NCBI GenBank assembly: GCA_964252035.1
Contig: OZ176204.1
Source: Podarcis erhardii
Lineage: Eukaryota
Length of the DNA stretch: 64,000 nt
Reading direction: 5' to 3' (one strand)
Every line of letters starts with the position of its first letter. Position 1 is the first letter of the stretch. Made by a program: the position numbers and the translations under genes. The notes beneath the pieces were generated by a model, which saw nothing but the letters and a program-made list of their open reading frames with translations, was not told the origin of the DNA and did no database searches. Positions 50,779-62,928 of the stretch are shown piece by piece.

Positions 50779-52728
50779 CAAGAACTGACTTAGTTGGTCT
50801 TTAAGGTGCTACTGGAAGGAATTTGTTTTGTTTTGACTATGGCAGACCAACACGGCTACCTATCTGTAACATGATAAAATAAATGCAATTCTATTATTCA
50901 TCTGCTTTGTGTGAGAGAAATAAACATCCCATTGTATGACGGTACTTTACTCAAAGGTCTGCAATTGGTTTCCTCTCAGTTACTTCCATCCCTACTTTAC
51001 GTCTGCTATTGTTTTAAAACACTACTTTCCCCCTCTCAGTGTTTCTCTCTTCTTACTCCCATGCCATAAACGTTTCTCCGTTTTCTCTCCCCTACCTCAC
51101 CCTTACTTTATGCAGTTCTGGGATTGTGATGTGGCACTGCAAATCATCCAGGAGTGATGACAGCCTTGCATTTTTATGTACATGGAAAGAAGATTATGAT
51201 GCAGATAGGACAGAACATGTCTTGATTCTTTTACACCAATTATACATATAATTTACACGTGTATAATTTTGATGACAGTGCATGATTGCCTCAGACATAA
51301 GTGAGTGTTTAATTTAAAAAACTCAAGTGCGAGCGAAGCTCAGTTCAATTAGAACTGTCAAATTCCATGTATAATTCCATTTAAAATGGACTCTTCTTCC
51401 CTCCCTAGACAGGGAAGAGAACAATCAAAAAATAAAAAAATAAAACCAGATGGAGAATATTACATCAGTGTTCCAGCATCTGTAAGCTCCCTTGTCTTCC
51501 ATGCAGAATTGAAAGTTTTGACTTTAAAGCCCCAAAAGTTTTAAGATTAACATGCAATAGAGATCAAATGCTTCTATGTGTCCTGTCACAATCTCCTAAA
51601 ATCCAGGGCCGAGATCATCAAGAATACCCTCTGAATGATACCTTTGAATGATATTGAGCTAACTTTGGGGAGTTTGAGTTAGGCCTGATGAGCTGTTGGA
51701 GACTCCCCCCCCCCCTTTAATCCAATTTATTTTTATTCCGTGTAAATGTAGTCTCTAAGCAGGACCTGGAGTGAACCAGCATGGATTTAAGGTGTATAGG
51801 CAAAGTCACTGAGAGAGACTGCATGCTAGCTTGACTCAGGAGCAGAATACTCTTAAGTGGAGCTACCACTCGCTCTCCTCCACGGCCATCTCCTTTTAGT
51901 TTTGCTCTACACAGTTCAAAAGCTTTACAACTGACTCTGTCCAATGCTGAAGAATGTTTATACATCTACTGGGAATAGAGCAGCTAGATTGCTGAGGCTG
52001 ATGACATAATTATGTCAACCACAAAGAATTCTGGGATTACAGCTGTAAAGAAATGGGTCTGATATCCTTTCTGAGAACATTCAATTTGGATGGGTGGAAG
52101 AACTAATGACTCCATTAAAACAGAAGTAATGCCGTCTATATATAAACTTGCTTATGCAGGATTTAAGGAAGCAAACAAACAATGCTGTTATTTGGAGTCA
52201 GTGTTTCGTGACCATCAGCTAGGCTGGAAAACTTGTCTCCAAGTCTGTCAACACAAAAATGTTAACAGCAGTAAATTTACCACTTGAAAAGCAAAGCAAA
52301 AGAAATGCCAAGGAATGATAACATAGCATCTATATCTAGGGAGGTTCTGCTGTTTTGGAAAAAGTGGATCACTGGAATTCCTACAGTGGGCGCCACAAGT
52401 ACTGTGTTCATTCTGCCCATTCAGCTCCTACTTTGCTTTCCTTCTTAATCCCGTCTCTAGTGGTTTTAACCTGTAAAATACCTGTCAATCTTCATTCGAA
52501 CTCTGTGAGCTAAATCATTGTTATTATAGACTGAAGTGAAGCAATGAATTGCCAATGGCGGCCCAGTGAACTAGAGGCTGAGCAGGGAAGCCCATCTACA
52601 GACACAAACTCTGTCCCATGAACTACACTCTCGCTGATTCTTTCCTTGTTCCTCTGCCTAGAAACTAGTCACTCTCTCGTGACTGAATCAGGAAAGGCAA
52701 CAACTGTCTTTCTTGCTAGACCCATATC

Positions 52729-52917
52729 CATAGCTGTCAGTGTTCAGATTTGAAAATAAGGGAGTAGCAGCCTCGAAAATAAGGGATCAGCATCCTCACC
52801 TGTCCCAGGGACAGTCTACGGGATATCTAACAATCCGGGATAGCAGCAGGAAGCATCAGGAAACGGCGCTGGAATAAGGGAATTTCCCGCCAAAAAAAGG
52901 GAAGGTTGACAGCTATG
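52729..52917. mobile_element. hAT MITE with CATAGCTGTCA TIR
   Basis: catagctgtca ... tgacagctatg; perfect 8-bp TSD cccatatc at 52721-52728 and 52918-52925. Confidence 0.9.
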
Positions 52918-55331
52918 CCCATATCTGCCATGCTTTACTCAGGTGTTCATAATCTTGAGGTCAGACCACTGTCAGACATTGTAGACAAGTTATCCCTGAA
53001 GACCGAACTAGCATGGAACATCCCAGCTAGTTGTTGGTATTCCCAAAATGTAACCCCGTACAGCCTTCTTTGTACAAGCCAAGGTACAGCAGCTTCATCC
53101 ATAGCTTCATCCTTAAGATCAACAAAGCCCTCTAGGCTACCCTACTTGGCCCTCAAGACTCTCCTCAGGTGGCAACTCTCCTGCTCCATGCCCTCTCTGA
53201 GAACTTCTGCTTGGCTGGAATGTATCCTTGAACTGTGATAAGGCCTGGATGGAGAGGGATGTGTGGAGAAATGTCTGATTCTCAGGAGGCTGCAATGTAG
53301 AAAGGTAAGAGTTTCCCCTGTTGCCCCACCTAATTTTACCTCTGGCCTCACCCGCTACTGCCATATGGCCCCCAAAACATTGCCTGTTCTTCATAGCCCA
53401 TCACAGAATTCCAAGATTGTTTTGGATTATCATTGTTTGCCTGGTTAAAGCAATCATTTCAAGAACATCTCCTATTAGGTGGTAGAGAAACCTGAAGCCA
53501 GACCCTGAGCATTTGCTACACTCTTTCCTCTGGGCCTGTGACTCCCTATTTTCTATTTCAAAGTGAATGCCTCTCTCCTTTCTACTGCAATGACTTGTCT
53601 AAAGGGATTGAGGCTTCTTACATTCCCTCGTCTCATACTTTGTTTGTCTGTCCTCAGATCCCTCCACCCCAAACAGCTGCTCGTTCCACACACTTTATGG
53701 GAGTGCAGCTTGCTATTCAACTAAAAGGCAGCTGGAAATATTTTATATAGTGGGTGTTGTTTGTGGTGGAGGGGGGTGGAGAGTGATAGAGAGATTCTTG
53801 TTCTTCAGATATTGCCTTGATTTGTGCTTAAATCAAACAATAATGCGAACTGGTCAGAAGACACGAACTAGTTTTTCTTTTTTACATTATTTCCCACACT
53901 ATCAACATTTTTACACATGCCACAGCTTACATGAGAAGGGCTCAAATGCACTTTGAAATGCGAAAATGGTCTTATTAGTTTAGTGGGGGGGGGGGAATTG
54001 TCATCCATTCCTGAGCCTTTGGGAAAGGGCAAGATAATAAAACAATAGAACAAATGAAAAAAGGTGGACTAAGGTGTGTACTGCCGCAGAATAAAAAAAC
54101 GAGGTGAGACACTATAACTCCATAGCACAGAGGAAGAGAAGCAAAAGTCTCAAAAAGCGATGGCAAGGGTCAACAAGCTAAGTCAACCTATCTGGCACCA
54201 CAGAGCATTGGGGATTTCTTCCAGTAGGACACACAAATTAAGATTCTAGCCGACGAAACATAAAATAATGGCTGTGATTGCTGAGGCTGCAGACTGTAGA
54301 GGACCTACATTAGCTGAAGTAGTTGGGTAGAAGCCAGCGTCATTGAACAAATGGCACGGCACACTAAAGAGAAATGCACTGAGCCCAAGAGTGGTTTAAT
54401 ATCTTAATGGCAACCTTTCACACATACCACAAGCAGGTATTAAAACAATCTCCCTTGACTTCAATGGGAAAGATATTTCTGCAGTTCAACATAAAGCGCG
54501 TCTCCCCTTTCCCCCCCTTTGCCTGCAAGTGTGGTGAGCACTTCTGCTAAGTACAGTAAATGCTTTACTTAACCTTTTTCCCCAACAAAGTAAAAATAGC
54601 CAACTTTCCATTATTCACTGCCAAGTTCTCAATTAGCAAAAAAGGAATTCTTTATGTTAATGCATAGCCTTTGCCTAGCTATTTCAAAAATGTTAACCGT
54701 TTCCTAAAAAGTGAGCACGGCTGTTAATGAAAGCTGCCTCAGGGTAAATGAAAGCTACCAGCCTGGGTTGTTTTCTTTATTTGATGTTTTCCATAACTAC
54801 CATATTTCTTGTTGAATTACACCAGGTGCACAGTGGGTTGCAAAAGTGGATTTCATGGAAGAAAGGCACACAGTTCCTGAAGCAGGAATGGAAATAAATT
54901 AAAATACTTCTGAAAGATAATATATTTTAAAATATACTTTTTTTAAAAAATGCTGAAACTGAATAGAAGGGAATTATGTGTAAAGACATGGGGAAATGGC
55001 TTAAATGGACAGATCTGCTCATCTCTTAATTTAACTTAAATGTTAAACCAGCTATTCTATTCTGTGAGTACCAGTTTTTTCAAAACCAGACAGATTATGT
55101 CTTGGATTCTGCCAGCTAAAAGCTGTAAAATTATTTGGTCACAGTGATGAGCTGTTCAAGGCATACTCTCCAAGCCATGGCATAGGAAAAAAGGCTGCCT
55201 CTCCTTGCTCCTGTGAGCTCTCAGAATGTGACAAACTTCTTGGCTAGCTAGATGCAGCCACCATCATGAGCTGAATTTAGCTTTTGACTCATCGGGGCAA
55301 AGCAGCCTCGGTTAGAAATGAATTGCAGATT

Positions 55332-55450
55332 TATAGAATTGTAGAATTGAAAGGGACCAAGAGGGTCATCTAGTCCAACACCCTGCAATGCTTGAACTTA
55401 CGACCCTGAGATTACGAGTCTCACGCTCTATCATCTGTGCTATTCCAGGC
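55332..55450 (-). mobile_element. Short SINE: tRNA-Lys-like head plus CR1 3' tail
   Basis: Minus strand reads gcctggaatagcacagatgatagagcgtgagactcgtaatctcagggtcgtaagttcaagc (tRNA-Lys-like), then attgcagggtgttggactagatgaccctc...attctacaattctat. Confidence 0.7.
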
Positions 55451-55584
55451 TAATGGTTTTCTAAAATATTAATTCAGAGGGCTGTATCAAATTCTGACTT
55501 TGGATCTTTGTGTACAGCAGTGGACATGAGTGGGTGAGCCCTGAGTCCAACAGATAACATAAACATTGGGTCTAATGCACTAAG

Positions 55585-55859
55585 TTATGAATATTAAGAA
55601 GTGCCCTACAGGATCAAACCCAAGACCTATCTGTTCCAGCACTGGGATTCCTACAATGGCCAACCAGAAGGGTCTGGGAAGCCCACAGCAGGCTGTGAGG
55701 TGAACAGTACTTGCACAGTGTTGCTCCTGAACAATTGATGTCCCTGGAGAATATAGCCATCAATATCCAATGATAGCATTCTCAACTGTGAGTTTGTTTT
55801 AAACTCATCTGTGTTGGTGATCAACGCCACATCTGGTGGCAGAGAATGCCAAAGTTTAA

Positions 55860-55862
<3 letters not shown>
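55585..55862 (-). mobile_element. CR1-type 3' fragment
   Basis: The translation VKLWHSLPPDV...DEFK resembles the CR1 ORF2 end; the 3' UTR is like 46500-46766. Confidence 0.6.

Positions 55863-55928
<66 letters not shown>
55862..55928. repeat. Compound (GT)n(AG)n microsatellite
   Basis: Seen directly in the sequence. Confidence 0.98.
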
Positions 55929-55931
<3 letters not shown>

Positions 55932-56127
55932 ACTTCATTTTGTGTGTCATGAATCAAAGTTAACAGTTAACTGAAGCTAACTAGGATAATTTAAAATTTG
56001 TTCGGGGCTCAATCCGCCCCTAACCCATTAGATCAGATGTAGGCAATATTTTTAGTTCCCACCTTGTGGGCCAACTTTGAGCCAGCTGCAGTTGGGGCTG
56101 AGGCTTTTAAAATAAGATTAAATCTCA

Positions 56128-56315
56128 GTCTATTATAGTGTGGCGGCTGGAGTGCCAGACTAGGATTTGTGATACCCAGCTTCAGATCCTCACTCAGCCA
56201 CAAAGAACGCTGAGTGACCATGGCCTCAACCATTCAGCTGCGGCCGCCTCACATATACAGAAGAACCATGTATGATACCGTGACTTCTTTGGAAGAAAGG
56301 TAGGATAATAATACA
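56128..56315 (+). mobile_element. Degenerate CORE/MIR-like SINE
   Basis: agtgtggcggctggagtgccagactaggatt...cagatcctcactcagcca...tgagtgaccatgg, a decayed tRNA head plus CORE-like tract. Confidence 0.5.
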
Positions 56316-56400
56316 CTAAATAAACACATATTGGTAGTATCTGTAGTATAGATACTACATACTGTATTTCTCAGAACTAGGAAATAGTTACATTTGACAT

Positions 56401-56536
56401 GTCAGGTGGTGCAAAAGTCACTGTGTCTGGCTGTTAACCAGAAGGTTCGTGGTTTGAGTCCTCCCAGGGCAGGATTCTTGCATTGCAGGGGGTTGGACTA
56501 GATGACCCTCGGGGTCCCTTCCAACTCTATGATTCT
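56401..56536 (+). mobile_element. Short SINE: tRNA-Asn-like head plus CR1 3' tail
   Basis: ggctgttaaccagaaggttcgtggtttgagtcctcccagggc (tRNA-Asn GTT-like), then cattgcagggggttggactagatgaccctcggggtcccttccaactctatgattct. Confidence 0.65.
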
Positions 56537-58182
56537 CTTACTTCTATCGTTGTTCTTTCAGCTGCAAGTCTATAGTAGAATATTGTCTATAGTAAAATAT
56601 CATCCAGGTAGACCAACGGCAGTTTCCATCTTAATTTCTTTCTCTATCCCTTTGAGTCTTTTCCATACCCCAAACCAACAGAATAACCAAAGTTATGCTA
56701 TGAAATTACCCTGTCCAAAGCCATGTGATTTATTTTTCTTTGCATTCTTCCAGATTAGCCTTCCAGATTTTGAGTCCAGTTGCCATGTTGCTATGTTGAC
56801 AGTCATGCTGCGCTTCATGTAAGAATAGCCAGCTGCCTCCTATAATTTCTGACCTATACTTCAATCTTTCAAATAGGGCTTTTCGGTTTGTGGGCTCATG
56901 TATTATATATTGGCAATGTGGTTTTAAAAACAACAAGAGCATGGTGGGGGAAAAAAATGAATATTGCACTGGAACAGTCTTATTCCTCAGGTAAAAATAT
57001 TCCAAAGAGCAAAAGTACATTTTCTATTTTGAGTGCTATTCTCACTTCCAAAACTGAGTTTCTGAAATATTGATAGCTGGAATTAAAAGAAAGTGTTTAA
57101 CCTAAAAAACTTTGTGCAAATGTCTTAAATGGTGGGGGGAGGGGGAGGTGAATCACGCATGGAACAATCCTTCAGTGTGCCAATGGAAAGTTCTGGAATT
57201 AAATTCAACAAATTCAACAATTCAACAAATTTGTCCTGTTAGTGCAAGGGCTTCTGCTTCTGTGATGGAACTTCCCCCCTCTCTCCTCCCTTTACAAACC
57301 CCAAATCTGTTCTGGGTTTCCCAAAACAGTCTGGAGCAGATTTGGGAAGGGCACAGAGGATGCACAGGAAGAAGAGAGAGAAAAATACTGTAGTTTCATT
57401 GCACAAGGAGAAGCCCTTGTGCTGATGGGAGAACGCCTTGGATGCAACCCAAGGGATCTACTTTAAGTAAAGTAGTGACTGGTGCTAAATATGAGTTTCT
57501 ATTAGAGCTGTCAGCACACATTTTAGCTATTCATCTGCCATAAAAACAATTTAGCAAATAAATAACTTTGTATATTGCATGATTTTATATTGTAAACTGC
57601 CCTGTGAACTTTGGATGAAGAATGTTATATTACCAATATCTCATTGTAGGCACCTTTTTACATATACTGAAGGAAATGCAAAATATCTTAACATTTAATA
57701 TACAAAAGCTACTACTAATTGCTAGAAGAAATATTATTGTATTTGTCATTCTCCACCACAGTGAAACACTAGAAGCAAAAGAGAGAGCTCAACAATTACA
57801 TAGTCATGCACTTAACATGCAGCTCATTGATTAATATCCTGCTGCTCGTGGTCACTTGATATTTTACTATTCACTTTATTGTTGATGGTTGACTTTTTCT
57901 TAAACTATTGTTCATGAGGTCATTAGGATGTGATTATAGGGGGTTAATATTTTTGTCTGCCATTATGTTTGTGTTTTTAGTATTGTAAAATATATTTTAT
58001 ATTTGTGTATGTGTGTGTATTGTGTGTGTGTATTGTGTGTGTGTGTGTGTGTGTGTGTGTGGTATTTTGTAAATGAAAAGCGGTATTAAAAATATATATG
58101 ATCCATCAATCAAATCTAGGCCTTCCTTGATTATCTCACTGAACTCCAGTTTTTTCTGTGGAATTATAATGACTACTACTGT

Positions 58183-58510
58183 GGGACGCGGGTGGCGTTG
58201 TGGGTTAAACCACAGAGCCTAGGACTTGCCGATCAGAAGGTCGGCGGTTTGAATCCCCGCGACAGGGTGAGCGCTCGTTGTTCGGTCCCAGCTCCTGCCA
58301 ACCTAGCAGTTCGAAAGCACGTCAAAGTGCAAGTAGATAAATAGGTACCGCTTTATAGCGGGAAGGTAAATGGCGTTTCTGTGTGCTGCTCTGGTTTGCC
58401 AGAAGCAGCTTAGTCATGCTGGCTCCCTTGGCCAATAAAGCGAGATGAGCGCCGCAACCCCAGAGTCGGCCACGACTGGACCTAATGGTCAGGGGTCCCT
58501 TTACCTTTAC
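58183..58510 (+). mobile_element. Sauria SINE, full length
   Basis: tRNA-derived head gggacgcgggtggcgttgtgggttaaacc, (ACCTTT)-type tail, and a 14-bp TSD tataatgactacta at 58165-58178 and 58511-58524. Confidence 0.93.
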
Positions 58511-58769
58511 TATAATGACTACTAACATTCTGATTTACACATACTCCTCCTCAAGAAGTCTCTTCATTTCCTTTTGAAACATTCCTCCTTGTGAGCTTTT
58601 TATCAGTTGCCTAATATCGATAAGCATGTGAGAAAGGAAAAAGGAAGAAGGCCCCCTCAACAACTGATATTTGTACAAGCAGTAGTAAACAATAGTTAGA
58701 GACAATGCACACACCAAAGCTTAAAAGTAGCAGCAGGAAGTTGAAAACAAATCTGAACACAATACTTAC

Positions 58770-59464
58770 AGTTGCAGACAGGTGGGGTCCATTCAGCTGG
58801 GCATGCAAGATGGCGTCATTGATTGAATTCCGGATACCCAAAAGTGCCGCTTCTAGATCATGCGATCCAGCCATTTCATTAGTGAGATACTCCAGGGTAT
58901 AGATATATTCCCTCCACTGAGAGTCCAGTTCAGATATGCTGGCAAAACAGCCCCTCATGACATTGAGACAATATCCTTCACAGGGTCTGATCAGAGTCAG
59001 ACCTTGGCAATGTGGGCAATACTGCATCTTCACTAGGGCTCTGCTGCATTCCTTTGTCAACGTGGCATGTTCAGTAGCGTTCAGTACTTCAATGCCTATA
59101 CCCAGGGCCTGATTGAATGTCCTGCTTGCCCAAAGAGACTTTTCCAACTTTGTAACTGCTTCTTTAGAACAGAGTCCAAATGGATTTATATCTTGCCGTG
59201 TTAGCCGCAGGCACTCTGTATACTCCTCTGACAGACTAGCCATGCCTGGGTTGATTAGGCGGCTGTAAACCAAAGGGAAGAGGCTGTCGAAGAACCGGAA
59301 AAGGACACTTTCCACTGTGGTCTGAGCGCCCAAGAGGTAGAGAGAGATGTCTGTGAAGAGCTCTTTGACAGACTCTGCTGCTTCCTTTGACATGGATCTG
59401 TAGACAGTCTCAAACAGAGAAGTCGTATGGTTCTCAGCAAAGCGAAGCAAGGACTCAAAGGCCG
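58770..59464 (-). CDS. Glypican-5-like (GPC3/GPC5 subfamily) internal exon, equivalent to exon 3
   Basis: Acceptor ttcttcctgcag|CG GCC TTT and donor GCA ACT|gtaagt; 695 bp. Translation AFESLLRFAENHTTSLF...RFFDSLFPLVY..LINPG...ECSRALVKMQYCPHCQG...PCEGYCLNVMRGC...LNGPHLSAT carries glypican cysteine motifs and two sequons (NHT, NAT). Confidence 0.95.
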
Positions 59465-62400
59465 CTGCAGGAAGAAGAAAAAAGAAACCTTAAAAAGGTG
59501 AAGACAAAAATTGGCTCCAGATCAACAACATGGATTATAAAATTATGCACTTAGTATATTATTACTCAGGTAGTTTCACATTATTGCACTCAAAGGCAGA
59601 GATCCCAATGATTTCAACTGGTTTTTCAAGATGGTTCAACAGTTCAACGCTGAATGGTACCAGAATCCAAAGAGCTCTACCAAAAAGAACCCCAAGAACC
59701 TCCAGAAAAATGCAGATTCAAAAAACTCCATTCCCACAGAGAATGGCTTGCCCATTTTCAACTTCAGACAGGCTTTTACAACCAAGCTGTAAAATTCTGA
59801 AAATGGGGTTTATAATGGAAAGACTGACACTGTGATAACTGTAATATCGTTAACAACACCGCTCTGCTCCAATAAAACAGTTGGTATTTGCCAAGACATC
59901 TCTATTTAATTCCCCCCCCCCCCAGTCTAAGTGAAGTCCAAAAACATTTTATTTGACAGGGGAGGAAAGCTAGCTAATCATTTAAGGCAAATATGTCAAT
60001 AAAATAAAAATAAAATCCACCAAAGTCTGAGCACTCCATCATATATAACCATCACATTCATCTTCCAGCTGTCATTTTCAAATATACTTAATAAAGACAT
60101 GGGTTTGTTTGTTTTTTGACAGATACAAAGAAAGCATCACATTCTATGTTACAACTAATTCTGCACCTTCAGACTGTCAATGCCAGGCATTATTTCAACC
60201 CACAGAACTTAAATAAGGATGATCCTAAATAAAGAATTGGTCAGGAACACGTGGAAGAAATGGGAGGATACCAGTGCAACGAATGGTTTACACATGTACG
60301 TAGGTGAATCAATTTATGACTGTATGTGTGAACTGTCACAGAAAGACTTGGAGTTAAAGACTTGCTAAGCTAAAATAACTGGAAATAGCGTCCAGATACT
60401 TAAAGGGCTTAGGATTGTATCTATGTTAACTGATAAAATAATATGTTTAATACAAGAAGGAGAAGATTTAAAGATGTTAATGTTTAATTTAAAGGGTATT
60501 AAAATTGGGATTTGGAAAACCGTTATAAGGATATGCAATGAAATTCAACTAAGGGGAAATGAGGAAGTCGTTTTACAAAGTAAATAACTGTTATTTTCAA
60601 TAAGGTTATGATTTATGTCTGTTAGGTTTTGTTTGTTTTATGTTTTTGTTTGTCATTGATATTGTAAAAACTAATAAAATTTTTGCAAAAAAGAAGAAGA
60701 CTTGGAGTGATAGTTACCATGTCTCTGCAGCACCCAAAGTCAGTGAGTGAGAAAAGTATGCCTCTGCTCAAATATTTCAATTTATTTGTTTTCCCTGACA
60801 ATCTGTATACCACATACTTACAGTTTCTGTAAGTAGTGTACAGGAAAGCTCACTTCAATGGAGCTAAAAATGAGTGGACTGCATTAAATCAGAAATCAGT
60901 TTTCTAGCTATGTAGCTAGTTATCTCCTTAACAAAAGAGAATTCCAGGACCACTGAAAGGGTTTTCCAATAGTACTTCTATGAATTCTCTCTTGTAAAAT
61001 CTCCCCATCTTACAACTTTATTTGTGTGGAAGGTGAAAAAAGAAAAGAGCTCAGTGTGGCAAAGCTCATATGGAGCAGTGATGAGGCAGTGAATTAATTT
61101 AAAGCAAATGTTGTTTGCATTAAGTTAGAATTAATACAAACAACATTCATAGGCCCATTATTAATATTTGGGACGTATTGGTTGGTCCAATTAAAGGTAT
61201 TTATTTTTTAAGTAAGGATTATTCTCTGAGGATCTTTGTTGCTATCTGTGGGAACCTCCCATCACATACTTCTTTCTCCTATTAAAAGATTATTATCACC
61301 ATTATTATTTTATTTATTAAATTTGTATACTACCCTTCATCCAAAGATCACATTATGAGGCAAAAGTGAAAGGAAAATATCAACAAGCAGAAATTTTCAG
61401 CCATGTTGTTGTTTTGTGCCATCAGAGGAAATAGTTTCTATTCTTCTAACTATAAATTGAGGGAACTGAAATGAAATTGCAACATGTTTTGGAGAAGACA
61501 AGATTTACTCTTAAGCATGTGTACATACTTCAGAAAGCACCCACTATTTGTTTGTAATAAGAAAAATGAGAACAGCCACATATTCACCATCTGTAGTGCT
61601 AAAGGCATTTTGTTTTTTCCATAGTTACAAGGCACCAAGAAATAGTTTCAGACAATCAAATTACTGGAATGATATTTCCATCCCTCTAATTAGGTATAAT
61701 GGTGCTATATGCAGATGAATAACTTCTGTCACACACAAAAGAATTCCGCTCTGATTTGTACAAAGGAGGCAACTTGCCATCTTGTTTTGGAGTTTTATTA
61801 ATGATGCACTTTCAATATACCTCCCAGAAACCTTGATAAGCAATTTATCAAACCAACAATCAACCTTGTTAGAAACAGAGGGTGTCAGCTTTTGCTGGCA
61901 AATGTAGAAACCTTTACAGCCATTGAAGAACGGAAAAATCACATGTATAAAGTGACTAAACTGTGCATTTCTTTTAATTGGAAGGCCCTAAGATGTGCCC
62001 CCTGGACTTTTAATTATTAGACAGACTGTGCCCCATGGCCGACTCAAAATGTACACATTCCAACAACTGATGGCTTCTCTCAGTGCAACACCTTAGTCAT
62101 AGTGAAGGATGAGTGAACATGTTGATTTTGGTTTCTCTCAGTTTCTTGTTTTTCCAATCTTAAATTCAGTTCTCAACATCAGCTTGTGGTTTGTCTTTTT
62201 TAGCTGGAGAACTGCACTGTGAAATTCAGAGAAGTGTGAATGGTTATGCTTTGGTTTGTGAATTGTTATGAAAACTGCAGATTCAGTAAATTCACCTTCA
62301 AATGTGAACTGAATCAAATTTCTTCTTCAGCCTTAGAACATTATATGATGCGATGAAACAAGAAGTCTCAGATTAAAATCTCGCTTATGTCACCAAATGA

Positions 62401-62928
62401 CTAAGCAATGATTGAGATCTTTTGGTCTCAATCCCCCATCTACGCTATTGAGATAATAAGGCTGATGCTGAGATAATGTAAATGATTTTATAAGGATTAC
62501 TAATATTTATTTTGAACGGTCAAAATAAGCTACATAAATTTTATTCTGCATCCGTGTGTGTATTTCCTGCTGCTATTGGCTAAGTTATATAAAAACTACA
62601 CACTGGAAATCAAACAGCTCTTCTGGAAATACACTTTTCCATGAAAGGAATCTTATCTTTACAGCAAATGACTTTCCTCACCACAAGAAAAGTGGATTGC
62701 AGCCAAGTAGCTATAACAACATGCAACCTACTTGGTGTTCTTCAAAAACAAAAGGAAACCAAAGGCAAAACCCTGCCCACAGACACATAGTTTAGGTAAG
62801 ATGAAAGAAAGTTGGAAGGGAAGGGAAGAAAATGTGAACTGTCAACTTTTGAGCTATGAAAAGAGAATCAAGAAACAATGAATAACCAAGAGGAATTTTT
62901 AGAAGAGTCTTGGGGGGGGGGGAATCAA

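Larger units (their letters stand above)
50654..50869 (+). mobile_element. Penelope-like element remnant (inverted partial pseudo-LTR plus 3' terminus)
   Basis: 87-bp inverted arms followed by gactatggcagaccaacacggctacctatctg, which resembles recalled reptile Penelope termini. Flanked by the direct repeat catgataaaataaa at 50640-50653 and 50870-50883. Confidence 0.75.

Noticed and set aside
55390-56470. Functional tRNA-Lys or tRNA-Asn genes
   Set aside because: The acceptor stems and boxes are degenerate and each is fused to a CR1 tail, so they are SINE heads.
58611-58769. C-terminal hydrophobic extension of ORF 58611-59450, resembling a transmembrane or GPI signal
   Set aside because: It is read-through past the strong donor ACT|gtaagt into AT-rich intron, and nothing supports an intron-retained isoform.
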